A stretch of 64,000 nucleotides of DNA from Planctomycetaceae bacterium (lineage in GTDB: Bacteria; Planctomycetota; Planctomycetia; Pirellulales; Pirellulaceae). The stretch spans positions 7,722-71,721 of the forward strand of contig PBSM01000335.1 of assembly GCA_002726245.1 (NCBI GenBank). The letters are read 5' to 3'. Below the pieces are notes generated by a model. The model ran no database searches. It saw only the letters and a list, made by a program, of their open reading frames with translations, and was not told where the DNA came from. Numbering within the stretch: position 1 is the first letter of the stretch; each line of letters begins with the position of its first letter. A program made the translations under genes and the position numbers. Below are positions 60,471 through 64,000 of the stretch, piece by piece.

Positions 60471-60499
60471 GGATGGATCAACGGTTCCTGGAACCTCTT
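60471..60499 (-). promoter_or_regulatory. Conserved upstream motif, copy 2 (GGATGGATCAACGGTTCCTGGAACCTCTT), 6 nt before the WD40 GTG
   Basis: See copy 1. Confidence 0.4.
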
Positions 60500-61491
60500 A
60501 AAATTTTCGCATACGTGCAGTGCGATGCCGGCCGTGAACTCTTGACCTGGGATTTCCCAGATAAACTTTTCTCCGACCGCCCTCGCAGCCGGTTGGGTCG
60601 ATGGTACCCTGATGTCGTTTCTCGTTCCATGAACTCTCCTTGGCTTGGTCGTCCCAACCCATTTCTGATGCCCAGAAACGCCGCAAAACGAACCTGGAAG
60701 CGCACCGTCCCCGCATTTGTTTGCGAAACCAGGCATTTTGCAATAAGACACGGCGTCATCCCAGCACGGGCAGCGGGTTTTTTATTTTCAACTGGGCGAT
60801 CCGTTGCAGAATCGTCCGGAACAGCTTGCGGGGAATTGCCACTTCCCCTTCGGTTCCGTAGGCAACTTACAATTGCAATCCAAAAAGCCGGTAAGTCGAG
60901 TGATTCTGGGAACATACACGATTCCAGCGTTTTTGCAAACCGTTGCAAACATTCTCACACAGTCGCAGACTGTGGGGGTAATTGGCTGCGAAAGGGGTAG
61001 TGAAGGGTAGTCGTGAAAAGGGCGTTCACGTCGGGTGTCACTACTGCTTTTTCTCGCCCGGTCTCATGCACGATATCCCTTCCTCAGTCGCGACAACTTG
61101 AGATCGCACGCCTGGGGCTTTGCTGAGTCTTGAAGCCGTGGTTGTCCTCGGCACGTGCTTGGGGATCCTGCGTGTTGCGTGCCCGTGGCTTGCAGTCCGA
61201 TGGTGTCACGCAGGACGCGGTGCTCGTCGAGGCCCTTATGATCGTATCTGGGGAATCGGTTTCTGTGAAAGTGACGGCGCTGCTCGCGATCCACTCAGAT
61301 GGCGGGGCGACAATCTCCTTGGCTTCGCCTTGATGGACGTGCGAGCCAGTCTTGCTGGATAAGACCGGGCACCGTCTCACTCCGGGTCGTTTTTCGACGC
61401 GTCTCACGCCGCCACGGGTTGTTGGGATTATGTGCTCGGTTGCCGCGGGCACCCCGCCACGCGCGGCGGGGTTGTCGCGAAGCGCTGCGGA

Positions 61492-63204
61492 TCAGTGGCG
61501 CTCGACGAAATACTCGCCAGACAATTTCAATTCGCGGCCAATCTCTTCGGCCAGTCGAAGCGCGGCCTCGCGCAAATGGGGGTCGCCATTAGGCGGTAAA
61601 GCGGCGGTGATGCGGACCAGCGGGCGCATGTTGCGGCGGTGCAGCCGGTCAGGTCGAGCGACCAGGTGTATCTCGGCCAACGCGCGCAACGGAACCAGGG
61701 CGTCGCCGGCGGGAATATGGAGCGACGCCAGCTCTTGTTTGGTGGCCTCGGTGTGTAAGAAGACGCGGATGGCCAGGCGGTCGTTTCCGCGCTCGGAAAG
61801 CAAGACGCCATGCGTGGCGGCCGCAATGGTCCGCGCGATCGACCGCGGATCGACACCGAATCGCTCCACCAAGTCGCGGTTAGGCTTCACGGAGAGATCG
61901 GTAATGGTGGCGGGCGTTTCGTCGATCACGTCCGGATAACCGGCTTCCGCCAGGCGGCGGGCCACCGCGGTGGACCATTTCGCAAGCTGACGCCGGTCCG
62001 GTCCCATCAGCGCCAGTTGGACGCCGTTTCGCTGTTGCCAGACCGCCGGTCCGTGTGGAATTTGCGCGACGCGAATGCGCACTCCCGGCAGATTGTCCCG
62101 CCGGAGAGCTGCGAGCAGCGCGGCCTCGTCCGTCACTTCCTCCTTTGCACGCAGCAGCAGCCGCACCATGTCGTTGTTGTCGCGCGTCCAGACCGAAAAG
62201 ACTCCGCTGGCCGCCAGCGGGCGCATCTGACGCTCAAAGTGATCGGCCAACTTGCGCAACATTTTGACTTCCGTGCCGGGTGGAGCAAGCAGTTCGACGA
62301 GCAGACCGCCGTGCGATGCGGGCTGCGCGCCGGCCGTCAGCGACAGAGAGACATGTTGCGGTAACGCCCCTTCGATCTGCGGCAGGTCGCTACGGATGCG
62401 CTGGAGCGCCTCGACGGCGGGCTCGCCGTGGACGAACACGCCGATGGCAACCGTCGGTCGCCCGTCGAGCCAGGCGAGGCTATCGGGCGGCCCGAGTCCG
62501 TCGCGAACATCCGCCACGTCACGCACTCGTACCGGCACGTCGTCCAGAACCGCCAGCACAACGTTAGACAGGAACTCGGACGTCAGCGGTTTGGCCTTTG
62601 TGGCCCGCTCAATCGCTTTGAGAGTGCCTTCGAGCGAAAGCGCATAGGCGACCAGTTTCTCTGGATCGCATCTGACATGGAACTCGGGTTGCCGGCCGCC
62701 GAAGACCCGCACCTGGGCGACGTGTGGAATGCGCACGACTCGCTGACGAACGCGCTGGGCGGCGGCGAGTAGTTCCGCCGACATTCGTTCTTCCGCCGCC
62801 AGCGTCAGCCAGATGCCGGGCCAGGCGTCGCCAGCAATGGAAGTAACGGTCGGCCGTTCGGCTCCGGCCGGCAGATGTGCCGCGGCGCCGGTGACTGCTT
62901 CGGCGACCGCCTTCTTCGCGCTACCGAGGTCGTGATCGGGCGAGAACTGCAAGGTCACAATGCTCTGGCCGTCACGGCTCGTCGAGTTGACCGACTGCCC
63001 GCCGGTCAGTGCGCGCAGCGTGTGCTCAAGCCGCAACGTGACTTCAGACTCGATTTCGAAGGCCGTCGCCCCGCGAAACACCGTCGTGACGACGATCACG
63101 CAGTCCGCCGCCGCGGGTGTCTCTTCCGCCCGGTTTGCACAGCCGGCAAAGAGAAGTGCGATGCAGGCCGACACGACTGCGGATAAGGCGAATCGCAGAC
63201 TCAT
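61492..63204 (-). CDS. Lipoprotein composed of RND-pump (AcrB-like) periplasmic porter subdomains without any transmembrane domain
   Basis: Lipobox LFAGC. Collinear with the AcrB PN1-PN2 loop (CVIVVTTVFRGATAFEIESEVT...PTVTSIAGD...CDPEKLVAYALSLEGTLKAIE) and the PC1-PC2 loop. The TM2-7 and TM8-12 blocks are absent, and the protein is only 570 aa. Confidence 0.7.
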   Translation of the reverse strand: MSLRFALSAVVSACIALLFAGCANRAEETPAAADCVIVVTTVFRGATAFEIESEVTLRLEHTLRALTGGQSVNSTSRDGQSIVTLQFSPDHDLGSAKKAVAEAVTGAAAHLPAGAERPTVTSIAGDAWPGIWLTLAAEERMSAELLAAAQRVRQRVVRIPHVAQVRVFGGRQPEFHVRCDPEKLVAYALSLEGTLKAIERATKAKPLTSEFLSNVVLAVLDDVPVRVRDVADVRDGLGPPDSLAWLDGRPTVAIGVFVHGEPAVEALQRIRSDLPQIEGALPQHVSLSLTAGAQPASHGGLLVELLAPPGTEVKMLRKLADHFERQMRPLAASGVFSVWTRDNNDMVRLLLRAKEEVTDEAALLAALRRDNLPGVRIRVAQIPHGPAVWQQRNGVQLALMGPDRRQLAKWSTAVARRLAEAGYPDVIDETPATITDLSVKPNRDLVERFGVDPRSIARTIAAATHGVLLSERGNDRLAIRVFLHTEATKQELASLHIPAGDALVPLRALAEIHLVARPDRLHRRNMRPLVRITAALPPNGDPHLREAALRLAEEIGRELKLSGEYFVERH

Positions 63205-63635
63205 GAGAACTCCTTATCGGTGCTGTAGGCGGCCTCTGTGAGGCCGCATTACCGGGGTCACACTCACGCGAGGTTGCCGCGACCATCGTCCGGTCGAGCC
63301 GTGATTATCGAAGCGGGGACTCCAGGTGACAAGCGAGGGCCGTCGTCTCAGCACGGTGGTTTAATGAGACGACAACCCCTCGAGTGTTCGCTTTCGCGAA
63401 GTGCAGAGTCAGAAGGCTGTCTGATCGAACACGAGTGCGAAATCGCATTTTCAATTTCTCGGGCAGGATGAGTTTGGGAGAGAGGGTGGGTTCTGTTCGC
63501 GCCATTTCTCAACATCTGAATCACACGTGTGTCGATGTCCAGCCCTTGTCCTTGATCAACGACGAGACACATGCGACGGAAGAACGTAGAATCGAGCGTG
63601 GTTGCAACATCCTCCGCGAGTAATGAAGGACACCG

Positions 63636-64000
63636 ATGATGTGTCAGCGAGTTTACTTGGAATGTGTCTCGGCCGTGATCTTGCTCGTAATGGTTGGTGT
63701 TGGGTCGGCCTGCGGAGGCGAGTCCGATTTCACACCGCCGGAGATGAAGGTGCCGGAGGGGTTTGTCGTCGAAGTCGCTGCTGCCCCGCCGCTGGTTCAG
63801 TATCCGATGATGGGATGCCTGGATGAAGTCGGGAGGCTGTTCATCGCCGAGTCGCGAGGGCACAACCTCGACAAGGAAGGACTGCTCGAGGCGAAGCACC
63901 GCTTTATCCGCATGCTGGAAGATACCGACGGCGACGGAAGATTTGACAAGAGCACAATCTTCGCCGATGGCCTTGTCATGCCCGAAGGAGCTCTGTGTTA
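63636..64000 (+). CDS. 5' part of a PVC-type TIGR02604-like (putative membrane-bound dehydrogenase domain) protein; runs off the window
   Basis: ATG at 63636. Signal peptide (VYLECVSAVILLVMVGVGSACGG). FTPPEMKVPEGFVVEVAAAPPLVQYPMMGCLDEVGRLFIAESRGHN matches the family N-terminus. No stop before 64000. Confidence 0.55.
   Translation, partial: MMCQRVYLECVSAVILLVMVGVGSACGGESDFTPPEMKVPEGFVVEVAAAPPLVQYPMMGCLDEVGRLFIAESRGHNLDKEGLLEAKHRFIRMLEDTDGDGRFDKSTIFADGLVMPEGALC

Larger units (their letters stand above)
54870..60520. mobile_element. Putative tRNA-associated integrative island (integrase + Xis + cargo). Right boundary undefined
   Basis: Tyrosine integrase and Xis-like gene directly 3' of the tRNA. 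AT-richer segment at 57380-57620. Cargo of hypothetical and secreted-repeat proteins. No attR repeat found in the window. Confidence 0.4.

Noticed and set aside
59407-60499. Reading the shared motif as a canonical ECF sigma promoter (GGAAC-N16-CGT)
   Set aside because: GGAAC is immediately followed by CGTTGAT with no spacer, and the sequence at a 16-17-nt spacing is not conserved between the two copies. It is reported simply as an uncharacterised shared cis element.
61500-63200. Multiple Arg/Ala-rich antisense ORFs (e.g. 61810-62364, 62252-62647, 62875-63186) inside the RND-like gene
   Set aside because: These are the usual high-GC antisense open frames. They have no domain signal and overlap a gene with strong homology.
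1-64000. CRISPR arrays, rRNA genes, IS elements with terminal inverted repeats
   Set aside because: I saw no regularly spaced short direct repeats, no rRNA-like conserved blocks and no intact transposase with flanking IRs. The only transposase-like signal is the uncertain fragment at 47100-47576.

Overview
This 64-kb window has high GC (about 58%) and its gene content points to a Planctomycetota (Pirellula/Rhodopirellula-like) chromosome. I could not run any search, so every family assignment below comes from reading the translated ORFs and the nucleotide sequence directly.

Signature planctomycete families:
- Two DUF1501 sulfatase-like Tat proteins, at 2127-3563 (-) and 11609-13096 (+).
- Two DUF1549/DUF1553 cytochrome-like proteins arranged head-to-head, at 3912-6098 (-) and 6262-9051 (+).
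- A TIGR02603-type CxxCH heme-binding protein at 237-1415.
- A 1368-aa PA14 + five-heme cytochrome c + dehydrogenase-like protein at 36294-40400.
- A partial TIGR02604-like gene running off the 3' end, from 63636.
- A leucine-rich-repeat/HEAT protein at 9069-10652.

Housekeeping and accessory genes include:
- A type II toxin-antitoxin pair (CHP02574-like antitoxin + ParE/RelE toxin).
- A short YidC insertase with a clean TTGCAC-N17-TAGAAT promoter upstream.
- An MFS transporter, a VOC protein and CutA.
- An AceE-like E1 component.
- A prpB-prpC-prpD methylcitrate operon.
- An NfeD-flotillin pair.
- A CPA1 Na+/H+ antiporter.
- An amidohydrolase and a sialate O-acetylesterase.

The right third of the window (about 46.4-63.2 kb) is accessory-like:
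- A class-II tRNA-like gene (probable tRNA-Ser, anticodon GGA) lies next to a tyrosine integrase and an Xis-like HTH protein.
- Downstream cargo includes a beta-helix protein and a WD40 protein that share a near-identical upstream motif of about 28 nt.
- A roughly 1-kb non-coding stretch with direct and inverted repeats follows.
- A 570-aa lipoprotein reproduces the periplasmic porter domains of an RND pump but lacks the transmembrane domain.
- Left of the tRNA there is a bacterial eRF1-like (baeRF) gene with Hsp20, STAS and Usp neighbours.

At least five genes carry apparent frameshifts or in-frame stops (LRR/HEAT, TerB-like, DUF885, M50-CBS protease, radical SAM), and a fragmentary run at 46.4-50.6 kb adds several gene pieces (ANTAR-only, HlyIII-like C-terminus, GalT N-terminus, a kinase relic). 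Either this region carries real pseudogenes or the assembly has systematic indel errors.

I found no CRISPR array and no rRNA.
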